Assembly: GCA_965222605.1 (NCBI GenBank)
Contig: OZ244960.1
Span: forward strand, 4,032,001-4,096,000
DNA from: Candidatus Latescibacterota bacterium
GTDB lineage: Bacteria > Latescibacterota > UBA2968
Reading direction: 5' to 3'
Length of the DNA: 64,000 nucleotides
A program made the translations under genes and the position numbers. Position 1 is the first letter of the stretch; the number at the start of each line of letters is the position of its first letter. Positions 1 to 10,700 of this stretch are shown in pieces. The notes under the pieces are model-generated. The model worked only from the letters and a program-made list of their open reading frames with translations. It searched no databases and was not told the DNA's origin.

Positions 1-810
1 CGCGATGGTTCGCCCGTGTTGCATACCGCTGTGGGCAATGCGCGGTGGGGCAGTGGGGATCGCGCGGGTGCTATTGAAGCCTATCGCCGCGCGCTTGCTA
101 TTGCGCCGGGATACAAGCCGGCGATTCGACAACTCGCGTTATTGGCGTTTTCGGCTGGGGATGGCGAGGTGCGCGATGATTATGAGTGGGACGAGATGCC
201 GGTAGGCGATTGGGTAAAAAAAGGAATAGAGCACGCGCTATCGGGCGATTGGGCCTTGGCACGCGCGGCTTATGGCAGGGCGTTGGAAATGGAGGATGTG
301 GGTACGGGATTATTTGGGTTGGGCAGGCGGGCGAGAGATGTGGGGATTGTAAAGTCGGATTCGGCTTTTGCTGTTGGGCACCGCGTCTATGTCCAGGGTG
401 CGCTCGCAGATGCGTTGCCCCATTTTGAAGTTGCGAAAAAATACTTGGCCAACCGCGCTGATGTGTATGCGATGCAGGGGTTGATTCGCGCTGATTTGGG
501 CGATTTGGAGATTGCGGAATTCCTTATGCTGGATGCGCTGATTGTCGATCCTTTTTATGTGCCCGCGCTTACTGTGTTGGGTACGGTTTTACAGGAGCGC
601 GGCGATATCGAAGGTGCGCTGTCTGTGTATCGGCAAGCGTGGGTGTTGGATCCAGAAGCGCAGGGATTGGAGTTGTTTATGGGGCAGGCTTATGCCATAA
701 GCGGGCAGCGAGATAGTGCGGTTGCGGTTTTGCGGCGCGTGATTGCGCGCGAGCCGGGCAATGCGCAGGTGCGCGATTTGTTGCGAGAATTGGAAGGGCG
801 TGAATTGTGA
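1..810 (+). CDS. TPR-repeat protein, C-terminal part (5' end lies outside the window)
   Basis: Frame is open from base 1. Repeated TPR helices such as AIEAYRRALAIAPG, ALSVYRQAWVLDPE and LRRVIAREPGNAQ. Confidence 0.8.
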   Translation, partial: RDGSPVLHTAVGNARWGSGDRAGAIEAYRRALAIAPGYKPAIRQLALLAFSAGDGEVRDDYEWDEMPVGDWVKKGIEHALSGDWALARAAYGRALEMEDVGTGLFGLGRRARDVGIVKSDSAFAVGHRVYVQGALADALPHFEVAKKYLANRADVYAMQGLIRADLGDLEIAEFLMLDALIVDPFYVPALTVLGTVLQERGDIEGALSVYRQAWVLDPEAQGLELFMGQAYAISGQRDSAVAVLRRVIAREPGNAQVRDLLRELEGREL

Positions 811-2018
811 AGGTCTGGATGAAAATTGTTGGTATTGGCGTGCTGGTATTGGGTTGTGTCTGGGGTGTGTTTTATATGTTGCAGCCGGAAGAGGCAGTTC
901 GGTTTGTTGCACATCCGGGTTTTTTGTGGCGCATCCAGAGTGACCAGTCGTGCGAAGGATGTCATCGGAATATCGATCCGGGCATGGACAAACAGTGGCG
1001 CGAGAGTGCCCATTTTCAGGCCAATGTGGGGTGTGCGGATTGTCACGGTGATAATCACGAGACGGTTTTTGCGGTTCGGGGACAGGTGTCGGCAGGTATG
1101 TGTGGCAAATGCCACGAAAAAGAGGTTGCGGCATTTGCAGAGAGCGGGCATGCCGATGCGGAATTGGCCGCGTTGTCGGATGCGCGTTTTTTGGCACAGT
1201 CGCGCGCGATGCAAGAAGAGGGGTGTATGGGGTGTCACAGTATTGGTGCCCGGTTTGCCGATGGCAGTGTGGGGGGGTGCAACACCTGTCATCCGAGTCA
1301 TGAATTTAGTGTTGCGTTTGCGCGAGAACCCGAGGCCTGTGAAGTTTGTCACGGGGGTCCGGACCATCCCGTGATGGAGGCGTATAAAACGAGTGTTCAC
1401 GGGGTATTGTACTATATGGATAGAGATGCCGAGAAATCGCCGAGTTGCGTGACGTGTCACATGCCCAATGGCGATCACGGGCATGTGGCAAATATCGGGT
1501 TGGGTGCGGTGTTTACGGGTGCGGTGCTCGAGGAGGATTTTTTGCCGCATCTGGCGATGAAGCGGCTGACAAAAGAGGCGTTTGAGGCGAATCGCAAAGC
1601 GATGTTGCAGGTGTGCGCGCCGTGTCATTCCAATCGGTTTTCTCGAGAGAGTCTCGAGCGCGCAGATGCGATTAAGCGCGAGGCAGACGCGCTGGTTGCA
1701 GAGTCTTATGCGTTGATTAAGGCATTGTACGATGAGGATGCGCTGGATCCCATGCCCGAGGACCGTCCGGCCAATCCGGTGGTTGGACACGCTTTTGAGC
1801 TGGGCGGACAGCAGTTGTACGAAAACACATCGGAGATTGAACAGGCGTTTTTCAGGTTGTTCAAGTTTTATCACGCGACCACGTTTAAGGCGGCGTATCA
1901 CCATTCGCCAGATTATACGCATTGGGAGGGTATTGTGCGGATGAAGATGGAGATGGATAAAATCCGCACGGAGGCAAGGCGGTTGCAAGCAGAGGCGAAA
2001 AAAGAAGACAGCGAATAA
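807..2018 (+). CDS. Membrane-anchored octaheme c-type cytochrome, hydroxylamine oxidoreductase (HAO)-like family
   Basis: N-terminal hydrophobic helix and 8 CxxCH motifs (CEGCH, CADCH, CGKCH, CMGCH, CNTCH, CEVCH, CVTCH, CAPCH). HAO-type CHxGPDHP and C-terminal HHSPDYTHWEG. GTGA overlap with the upstream stop; alternative ATG at 819. Confidence 0.85.
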   Translation: MKVWMKIVGIGVLVLGCVWGVFYMLQPEEAVRFVAHPGFLWRIQSDQSCEGCHRNIDPGMDKQWRESAHFQANVGCADCHGDNHETVFAVRGQVSAGMCGKCHEKEVAAFAESGHADAELAALSDARFLAQSRAMQEEGCMGCHSIGARFADGSVGGCNTCHPSHEFSVAFAREPEACEVCHGGPDHPVMEAYKTSVHGVLYYMDRDAEKSPSCVTCHMPNGDHGHVANIGLGAVFTGAVLEEDFLPHLAMKRLTKEAFEANRKAMLQVCAPCHSNRFSRESLERADAIKREADALVAESYALIKALYDEDALDPMPEDRPANPVVGHAFELGGQQLYENTSEIEQAFFRLFKFYHATTFKAAYHHSPDYTHWEGIVRMKMEMDKIRTEARRLQAEAKKEDSE

Positions 2019-2020
2019 GC

Positions 2021-2089
2021 GGTGTACAACTGGTCGATGAACGGGTCTGGGGAACGACCCGTTGTACACCATTTCCAGACCAGTTCATT
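2021..2089 (+). repeat. GGTGTACAAC...GTTCAT hairpin element (copy A), with a second inverted copy (2036-2070) nested in its loop
   Basis: Outer stem AACTGGTC/GACCAGTT and inner stem AACGGGTC/GACCCGTT. Same ends as the copies at 15746, 55282 and 62479. Confidence 0.8.
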
Positions 2090-2215
2090 TGAGCTGCCTC
2101 ACGGATTAACACAGCACAGGCGCAGCCTACAATGGAGCGATTTTGACAGTGATAGAGGCGACCCAGGATTAGGTGTGTTCAGGGTCAATTTTGAGAAAGG
2201 CGATGAGGTTAGCCA

Positions 2216-3244
2216 ATGAAAAAAAAGCAAGTTACCATCAAGGACATTGCAAGAAAGTTGGGGATTTCGTTTTCAACAGTTTCACGGGCATTGTCTCCAC
2301 ATGCTTCGATAGTGGTGAAGACGCAGACCCGAGATCTGGTGCGACAAACAGCCGCCGCGATGGACTACAGTCCCAATTTGATAGCGCGGGGGATGGTGAT
2401 GGGGAAGACGGGTACCCTGGGTCTGCTGACCTACCAGATTTCCCGGGAGACGTCTGGACGTCAGATCGACCAGATCCTGAGGATGGCTGACAAGCAGAAT
2501 TATCAGATTTTGTTGAGAATGGCCGCTCATCGAACGCCTCTATCTCCGATGGACGACCAGGTCATACAGATCAAGCAGTTGATTTCAAGGGGCATAGACG
2601 GACTCTTGATTAACACACGGGGCGATGGAGAAGAGTCAGAGCGCATTTTGAACATCGTGAGGGGACAAGTGCCAGTGGTGACCTTTCACTACCCGACTCA
2701 CAACCTGAGCGGGGTTGTGCTGGACCTGGTAGCAGATTTTTACGCGGCCACAGAGCATTTGATCGAGTTGGGTCACGAGCGGATCGGGTTTATCGGACCG
2801 GACTGGGATGAGACCAGTCCGGTTTCAGCCAAGGGTAAGGGGTATTTTCTGGCGATGCAAAAGCACGGCCTGACGCCTGAATTCTTACCTGCCCTGGGCA
2901 TCTATGCAGAAGGGGGGTATATCCAGAGCAAAAGGCTCGGTGACCGGTTTACGGCCCTTTTGTGCCGGGACGATTATACAGCGATAGGCGTTTGTAGAGG
3001 GCTACGGGAATTGGGTCTTCGCGTACCCGAGGATGTAGCCGTGGTGGGTCACGGGGATATTGACGTATCGGCTTATGTGACGCCATCACTGACCACACTG
3101 GTAACGCCTTACGAGGCGATTGCCCAGGCTGCGATGGATCTGATGCTGGAACAACTTCAGGGGCAAGATGAGCCTCGGCAAGTGACCTTGAGATCGCATC
3201 TAATCGTGCGGGAATCCTGTGGAACGAACAAAAGTGAAGAATGA
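2216..3244 (+). CDS. LacI/GalR-family transcriptional regulator (paralog 1)
   Basis: N-terminal VTIKDIARKLGISFSTVSRAL helix-turn-helix, YSPN hinge, and periplasmic-binding-like C-domain ending LIVRESC. Confidence 0.95.
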   Translation: MKKKQVTIKDIARKLGISFSTVSRALSPHASIVVKTQTRDLVRQTAAAMDYSPNLIARGMVMGKTGTLGLLTYQISRETSGRQIDQILRMADKQNYQILLRMAAHRTPLSPMDDQVIQIKQLISRGIDGLLINTRGDGEESERILNIVRGQVPVVTFHYPTHNLSGVVLDLVADFYAATEHLIELGHERIGFIGPDWDETSPVSAKGKGYFLAMQKHGLTPEFLPALGIYAEGGYIQSKRLGDRFTALLCRDDYTAIGVCRGLRELGLRVPEDVAVVGHGDIDVSAYVTPSLTTLVTPYEAIAQAAMDLMLEQLQGQDEPRQVTLRSHLIVRESCGTNKSEE

Positions 3245-3292
3245 TTAATGCTTGACATTGGGAGAAATTTTATGGAAAAGTTCAAATAATAC

Positions 3293-3321
3293 TTGACATT
3301 TGAAGTGTGACTAATTATTTT
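3293..3321 (+). promoter_or_regulatory. Sigma70-type promoter for lacI paralog 2
   Basis: TTGACA-17 nt-TATTTT, conserved in copy 3. Confidence 0.7.
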
Positions 3322-3330
3322 AAGTATTGA

Positions 3331-3344
3331 TACAATCGTATGCA
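3331..3344. promoter_or_regulatory. LacI-type operator (TACAATCGTATGCA), also at 4627-4640 and 15931-15944
   Basis: CG-centred 14-bp pseudo-palindrome just downstream of the -10 box. Resembles the LacI-family TGNAANCGNTTNCA pattern with 2 mismatches. The 4627 copy, TACAAACGTATGTA, is a near-perfect palindrome. Confidence 0.6.
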
Positions 3345-3354
3345 TTAATGTAGA

Positions 3355-3436
3355 AAAAAATAAAAGTCGAACGAGGACAGGTCCTGCCAGACAAACCCCG
3401 TTCGACCCAAATGCACAACGTAAACCACATCGTGCT
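3355..3436 (-). ncRNA. Candidate ~80-nt antisense small RNA inside the lacI 5' leader
   Basis: Minus-strand TTGCTT-17-TATATT promoter (3471-3443), 11-bp GC-rich stem at 3366-3406, then a U-tract. Differences between copies are G-U wobbles on the minus strand. Confidence 0.5.
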
Positions 3437-3533
3437 GTTTATAATATAGTTTAAGGGAGAGCATTAAGCAACAGGAAAAATCAAAACCGATCAGGCAGCC
3501 TTTATGTCACTTACCTGGCGAAAGGATTAGCAA

Positions 3534-4562
3534 ATGAAAAAGAGGCAAGTTACCATCAAGGACATTGCAAGGAAGTTGGGGATTTCGTATTCAACAGTCT
3601 CAAGGGCATTGTCTCCGCATGCGTCGATAGTGGTGAAGACGCAGACCCGAGATCTGGTGCGACAAACAGCCGCCGATATGGACTACAGTCCCAATTTGAT
3701 GGCGCGGGGGGTTGTGACAGGGAAGGCGGGCACACTGGGTCTGCTGACCTACCATATTGCTTTGGAGACGTTTGGACATCAGACCGACCAGATTCTGCGA
3801 GCGGCTGACAAGTGGGATTATCAGATTATGCTGAGAATGGCCGCTAACCGGCTTCCTCAGGATCTACTTGACGACCAAACCTTGCAGATCAGGCAGTTGA
3901 TTTCTCGTGGCATAGATGGACTCTTGATTCACACGCGGGGCGATGAAGAAGAATCAGAGCGCATTTTGAACATCGTGAGAGGACAAGTGCCAGTGGTGAC
4001 CTTTCACTACCCGACTCACAACCTGAGCGGGGTTGTGCTGGACCTGGTAGCAGATTTTTACGAGGCTACAGAGCATTTGATCAAGTTGGGTCACGAGCAG
4101 ATCGGGTTTATCGGAAAGGACTGGAATCAGACCAGCCCGGTTTCATCCAAGGGTAAGGGGTATCTTTTAGCGATGCAAAAGCATAGCCTGACGCCCAAAC
4201 ACATACCTGACTCCACCATCTATGCAGAGGGAGGGTATCTCCTGGGCAAAGAACTCGGTGACCGGTTTACAGCCTTTGTGTGCCGGGACGATTATACAGC
4301 CATAGGCGTTTGTAGAGGGCTACAAGAATTGGGTCTGCGCGTACCCGATGATGTGGCTGTAGTGGGTCACGGAGATATTGACGTGGCGGCTTATATGATG
4401 CCAGCGTTGACGACACTGGTAACTCCTTACGAGGCGATTGCCCAAGCTGCGATGGATTTGATGCTGGAACAGCTCGACGGACAGAATACGTCTCGGCAAG
4501 TGACCTTGAGATCGCATCTAATCGTGCGGGAATCCTGTGGGGCGAACAAAGGTGAAAAATGA
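3534..4562 (+). CDS. LacI/GalR-family transcriptional regulator (paralog 2)
   Basis: 342 aa, highly similar to paralogs 1 and 3, intact helix-turn-helix. Confidence 0.95.
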   Translation: MKKRQVTIKDIARKLGISYSTVSRALSPHASIVVKTQTRDLVRQTAADMDYSPNLMARGVVTGKAGTLGLLTYHIALETFGHQTDQILRAADKWDYQIMLRMAANRLPQDLLDDQTLQIRQLISRGIDGLLIHTRGDEEESERILNIVRGQVPVVTFHYPTHNLSGVVLDLVADFYEATEHLIKLGHEQIGFIGKDWNQTSPVSSKGKGYLLAMQKHSLTPKHIPDSTIYAEGGYLLGKELGDRFTAFVCRDDYTAIGVCRGLQELGLRVPDDVAVVGHGDIDVAAYMMPALTTLVTPYEAIAQAAMDLMLEQLDGQNTSRQVTLRSHLIVRESCGANKGEK

Positions 4563-4569
4563 TCGAAGA

Positions 4570-4730
4570 AATGCTTGACATTGGGAGAAATTTTATGGAA
4601 GTGTGACTAATTATTTCGAGTATTGATACAAACGTATGTATAAATATGTATGGAAAAATGAAAAATAAAAGTCGAAACGAGGACAGGTCCCGCCAGACAA
4701 ACCTCGTTCGACCCAAATGCACAATGTAAA
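4570..4730 (+). repeat. Leader repeat copy 2 (internally deleted), upstream of the giant surface protein
   Basis: Matches copy 1 but lacks a 27-bp segment containing the -35 TTGACA. Keeps the operator and the GTCGAAC...GTTCGAC hairpin. Confidence 0.9.
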
Positions 4731-4775
4731 TCATGTCGTTCATGTCGTGCTCATTACAAGTGTGAGGAATTCAAC

Positions 4776-7700
4776 ATGCAGAAATTACTACTTCGCAGAC
4801 GATCTGCCTATGCCTCGATTTTTGCAGTTACACTCGCCGTCCTATTGATTCAATCGTTTTCTCCTTCCTCACAGACCAGTAGTTTTTCTCTTTCTCTGGA
4901 TTTGGATGAGGCTGTGGGCGGTCAGGCCATGCACTCTCTCAATGTATCTCCCGATCAGGATGTTTCCATTCAGATTTTTGGTACAGATATCCAAAATGCG
5001 AGCGATCTTTCTGTTCGTATTGAATACGATGCCACTCAGGTTGTTTACGAAGGGTTTGATACAGGTGATGTGTTGCCCAATGTCCGGGTCCAGAAAGGGG
5101 ATTCAACTGCCGTTTCACGCACGCCGGGACAAGCGAGCTTTGTCCAGATCAACCTGGCGTCTTTGGGTGGCTCTGCAACAGTCAACAGCGGTCTGATGGG
5201 TACACTGCGTTTTTTGACCACGGATGCGTTTTTGGGCACAGAGATTCGGTTGGTGCGTGCTGAGCTTGGCCGGGGGGAACAATCTGAGGCAGTGCCTCTA
5301 TCCCTCAGTGTTGCCCTACGGGTCGCTGCAGCCTCTTCCCCAGACTTTGACGGGAGTGGGACTGTAGATTTTCCCGACTTTTTGTTTTTAGTAAGTGTTT
5401 TTGGATCTCGACTTAACGATGGAAAGTACGAGACAAAGTACGATCTGGATGGCAATGGCGAAATTGCATTTGATGACTTCTTGATCTTTGTCAGTAGCTT
5501 TGGCAAGTCTGTTGACACCATTGACCAACCTTACGCTACTAAGCGTGTTGCTACCTCTTCTGATTTTCTCAGCGTCTGTGATCGCACCCCGCAAGTGCGC
5601 GACGCGATAGTAACGGCTCTCGGTGCAACAGATTGTGGGAGTGTCACAGAACAAGACTTGTCTAATCTAACGAATCGATTAGCGATATATGGCAGTTCGG
5701 AGAGTTCTATTTCGGCTTTGAAAGTTGGAGATTTTTCGGGACTGTCAGAGTTAAGACGTCTGAGGTTAATAAACAACAGTTTAACAACGCTTGACAACAA
5801 TGTTTTTGTGGGAATGTCGAAGTTAAAGACTTTGGAGGTTAGTGGAGGCGATATTTCAGATATTCATGCAGGGGCGTTTGGAGGATTGGATAGTCTTTCG
5901 GCCTTGTCATTAGAGGATAATAATATAACGAGTCTTCAGGACAATACTTTTGAGCCTTTGACAAAACTTAGGATTTTGAGGTTGAATAGCAACGATATTA
6001 CAAGTGTTTCATCTTTGCCTTTGGATGATTTGTCGGGGGTGCTAGTTCTTGATTTGTATCTTGCGTCCAATAAGATTGCGAGTCTCAGTTCAAGAGATTT
6101 TGCCGACGTTTCATCAAATTTGATTTTTTTAGATTTGCAAGGGAATAAGCTTTCCGCGTTACCAGACAGTCTTTTTTATAATATGGTAAATCTGCTAAAA
6201 TTGGATTTTCGGAGTAATAGTGTTGATCCTCTGAATATGCGAGTAAGCCTTGAGAGAATCCAAAATTCAGATAGGACTTCTGATAAGTTTTTTGCGAAGG
6301 TTCATACAGGCGCACCTTTCGATCTTAATGTTCCCGTTACAGTTTCTGGCGGAACGCTGGACGTTGATAATAATGTTGTGACGATTTCTGCCGGGTCTAT
6401 GAGCAGTTCTGTCGTGACCGCGACCAGGATTGATGCGACAGCGGATAACGATATTACTGTAACACTCGGAGACGTTCAAATTTCAATGGGAGACATTCAA
6501 AATACAAGTGATAGAAGAAGAGGTCTTGCGTTTGAAAAGGTCTCCAATTCAATAACATTGTCGCCGGAAGTTGTCGCAGTTTTTGTATTTGAGCCGAGTG
6601 TTACCTGGGGTAATGAACAGGTTTCTTTTGTGAGTGCAGATGCGTTTGGTGTGGAGGAAAACAGTTCTAATGTTGGCACTGTGTCTGCAAGGATTTATCG
6701 GAGGCCGTCGGAGTTCAAAGATTTGGGGGATATAACGGGTTTAACGTCGGGTAAGGGGTATTTTGAGAATAATGAGTCTCTCGGAGATGGGAATCATGAG
6801 AAGTATTATCGTTTTGTTTTGACCCAACCGAAGGTGCTAAATATTGGCTTGAGGCAGTTGGATGTTGACACTGATTTGATATTGGAGGATGCAGACGGTA
6901 GTGAGTTGCCTCTCGGAACGTCGAACGATCCTTCCGATCCTTCCAAGAAAAGGATAATAGTTTCTTTATGTGAAGGGACGTACTACGCTCATGTGAAGGT
7001 TAAGGATTTAGGGGAGAATGTATTTAATTTCCGTTATGGGATAGTGCCGGGCAGTCCGGATGCTTCTGAAGTTTCTCGGTTAAGGGGTCGGTCTATCGGT
7101 GGTGCAGTATCTGGTTATACTGTGTCTGGCGGTTCAGATGGGGATAAATTTTCTATCTCTGAGAGTGGTTTATTGACGTTTAATGATGTACCGAATTATG
7201 AGGATCCGCTGGATGTGGCGAGTACTTCTCCGTTAAATGATGCGGGTAATAATGAATATGTTGTGGTAGTGACGGGGCGCGGTGAAAGTAGTTCAGGAAC
7301 GCAGTCTATTGTTGTGACTGTTTCGGATAAGGATGACGAGGCACCGGGTCAACCTGCTGTGCCGACCGTAGCAGAGGCGACGTTGACGACGCTGAAAGTG
7401 ACGTGGGAAGTTCCTGCGAATACGGGACCTGAGATCACGGACTACGATGTGCAGTATAAGGCGAGTGGTGAGAGCGAATTTACCGATGCGGAATACGATG
7501 GCACGGATTTGACTTTGACGCTTACGGGCTTGAAACCGGGTACGAGTTATGAGGTGCAGGTGCGTGCAGAGAATGATGAAGGCTCAGGTGCGTGGTCTGA
7601 TTCGGGTAGTGGGATGACCATTGAGAATCAGGCTCCGGTGTTCACGAGCAATGCGACATTCGAGGTGAAAGAAAATAACACAACGGTTGGCGCAGTGTCC

Positions 7701-10700
7701 GCCAATGACGAGGATAGTGACGACAGCATCACGGGTTATGCCATTACCGGTGGAGCGGATCAAGAGCAGTTCGAGATCACGGACGAGGGTGCGTTGCGCT
7801 TCAAGGCCGCACCGAACTATGAGGTGCCAGCAGATGTTGAAAGCGCCGACCCTGCCAATGTAGCAAATAATAATGAATACATCGTGGAGGTCACGGCGAC
7901 GAGCGGTAAGAATGAACGTGTATTGACAGCAGCACAGATGATTACTGTGACTGTTTCGGACAAGGATGACGAGGCACCGGGTCAGGTTGAAACGCCTGTG
8001 GTTTCGGAAGCGACGTTGAATAGTTTGAAAGTGACGTGGGAAGTTCCTGCGAATACGGGACCTGAGATCACCGATTACGATGTGCAGTATAAGGCAAGTG
8101 ACGATGACGGTTTCACCGATGCGGAATACGATGGCACGGATTTGACTTTGACGCTTACGAACTTGAAACCGGGTACGAGTTATGAGGTGCAGGTGCGTGC
8201 GACGAGCGATGAAGGCACAGGTGTGTGGTCTGATTCAGGTGAAGGGATGACCATTGAGAATCAGGCTCCGGTGTTCACGAGCAATGCGACATTCGAGGTG
8301 AAAGAAAATAACACAACGGTTGGCGCAGTGTCCGCCAATGACGAGGATAGTGACGACAGCATCACGGGCTACGCCATTACCGGTGGAACCGATCAGGATC
8401 AGTTCGAGATCACGGACGAGGGTGCGTTGCGCTTCAAGGCCGCACCGAACTATGAGGTGCCAGCAGATGTTGAAAGCACGGACTCTGCCAATGCAGCAAA
8501 TAATAATGAATACATCGTGGAGGTCACGGCGACGAGCGGTCAGAATGAACGTGTATTGACAGCAGCGCAGACGATCACTGTGACTGTTTCGGACAAGGAT
8601 GACGAGGCACCGGGTCAACCTGCTGCGCCGACCATAGCAGAGGCGACGATGAATAGTTTGAAAGTGACGTGGGCAGTTCCTGCGAATGCGGGACCAGAGA
8701 TCACGGATTACGATGTGCAGTATAAGGCAAGTGACGATGACGGTTTCACCGATGCGGAATACGATGGCACGGATTTGACTTTGACGCTTACGAACTTGAA
8801 ATCGGGTACGAGTTATGAGGTGCAGGTGCGTGCGAAGAACGATGAAGGCACAGGTGCGTGGTCTGATTCAGGTAGTGGGATGACCATTGAGAATCAGGCT
8901 CCGGTCTTCACGAGCAATGCGACATTCGAGGTGAAAGAAAATAACACAACGGTTGGCACAGTGTCCGCCAATGACGAGGATAGTGATGACAGCATCACGG
9001 GTTATGCCATTACCGGCGGGGTTGATCAGGAGCAGTTCGAGATCACGGAGGAGGGTGGGTTGCGCTTCAAGGCTTCACCGAACTATGAGGTGCCAGCAGA
9101 TGTTGAAAGTGCCGACCCTGCCAATGCAGCAAATAATAATGAATACATCGTGGAGGTCACGGCGACTGGCGGTGCGAGTGAACGGGTATTGACAGCGAAA
9201 CAGACGCTTACTGTGACTGTTTCGGACAAGGATGACGAGGCACCGGGTCAGGTTGAAACGCCTGTGGTTTCGGAAGCGACGATGAATAGTTTGAAAGTGA
9301 CGTGGGCAGTTCCTGCGAATGCGGGACCCGAGATCACGGATTACGATGTGCAGTATAAGGCAAGTGACGATGACGGTTTCACCGCTGCGGAATACGATGG
9401 CACGGATTTGACTTTGACGCTTACGGGCTTGAAATCGGGTACGAGTTATGAGGTGCAGGTGCGTGCGACGAGTGATGAAGGCACAGGTGTGTGGTCTGAT
9501 TCAGGTGAAGGGAAGATGAAGGTTAATGTTGCGCCGGTCTTCACGAGCAATGCGACATTCAATGTGCTGGAAAATGTGACAGGTGTCGGCATAGTGGTTG
9601 CCAATGACGCCGATAGCGACGACAGCGTCACCAGTTATGCCATTACTGGCGGGGCAGATCAAACCCAGTTCTCCATTTTTTCAGAAACAGGTGTGTTGAT
9701 CTTCAAAGCCGCACCAGATTTTGAGGCTCCATTGGATGTGAATATCGACAACGCATATATCGTAGAGGTCACAGCGACGAGTGGTGAGAATGGTCGAGCC
9801 TTGACTGCAACACAGACAATAACTGTTATAGTGACCGACATAGGTCCCCCGGAGATAGATGCGCCGACAGTGACGCAGGCAACCGCGACTACCCTGACCA
9901 TTACCTGGGAGAACACCTCAGTAGTATTGAATACAGATAATGTTTCTATTTTTGATCCAATTGACGTTGCGTTGGACATCGCAGGGAACAAGCTATACTG
10001 GACGGACTCTGGTAGCATTCGGCGTGCTGATCTCGACGGAACAAATGTCGAAGACGTCATTCGGGATGCAGTGCAATTTCCTGTGGGTATTGCGTTGGAT
10101 ATCGCGGGGAACAAGATGTACTGGGTAGATCTCTATTCGAATAAAGTCCAGCGTGCTGATCTCAATGGTGAAAATATCGAGGACCTCGTCACCACGGGAC
10201 AGGATAAACCTGGGGGTATTGCATTGGACATCGCAAGGAACAAGATGTACTGGATGGACTCTGGTAGCATTCGGCGTGCTGATCTCGATGGTGAAAATGT
10301 CGAAGACCTTATCGCCACGGGATTGCCGGATAAATTTGGGGGTATTGCGTTGGACATCGTGGGGAACAAGATGTACTGGGCAATCGGTGATAGAATTCGG
10401 CGTGCTGATCTCGACGGAACAAATGTCGAAGACCTCGTCACTACGGGATTGGTGGATCCATTTGACATTGCGCTGGACATCGCAGGGAACAAGCTATACT
10501 GGGCGGACCGTGGTACGGATAAAGTCCAGCGTGCTGATCTCAATGGTAGAAATGTCGAAGACCTCGTCACCACGGGATTGGATGACCCATTTGGCATTGC
10601 GTTGGACATCGCAAGGAACAAGCTATACTGGACAGAAACGGGCATTCGATCGAAAAAAATAGGGCGTATTGATCTTGACCTCAACTACGACATACAATAC

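Larger units (their letters stand above)
3248..3533 (+). repeat. Intergenic leader repeat, copy 1 (other copies at 4570-4730 and 15846-16134)
   Basis: Near-identical to 15846-16134 (offset about 12600) and partly identical to 4570-4730. Confidence 0.95.

Noticed and set aside
690-2072. 460-aa minus-strand ORF
   Set aside because: Antisense shadow of the octaheme cytochrome gene, with no recognisable motifs.
7325-10680. Regular repeats as a possible CRISPR array or DGR template/variable pair
   Set aside because: They are in-frame protein domain repeats with no unique spacers. No cas or reverse transcriptase gene is present, and I saw no adenine-specific variation.
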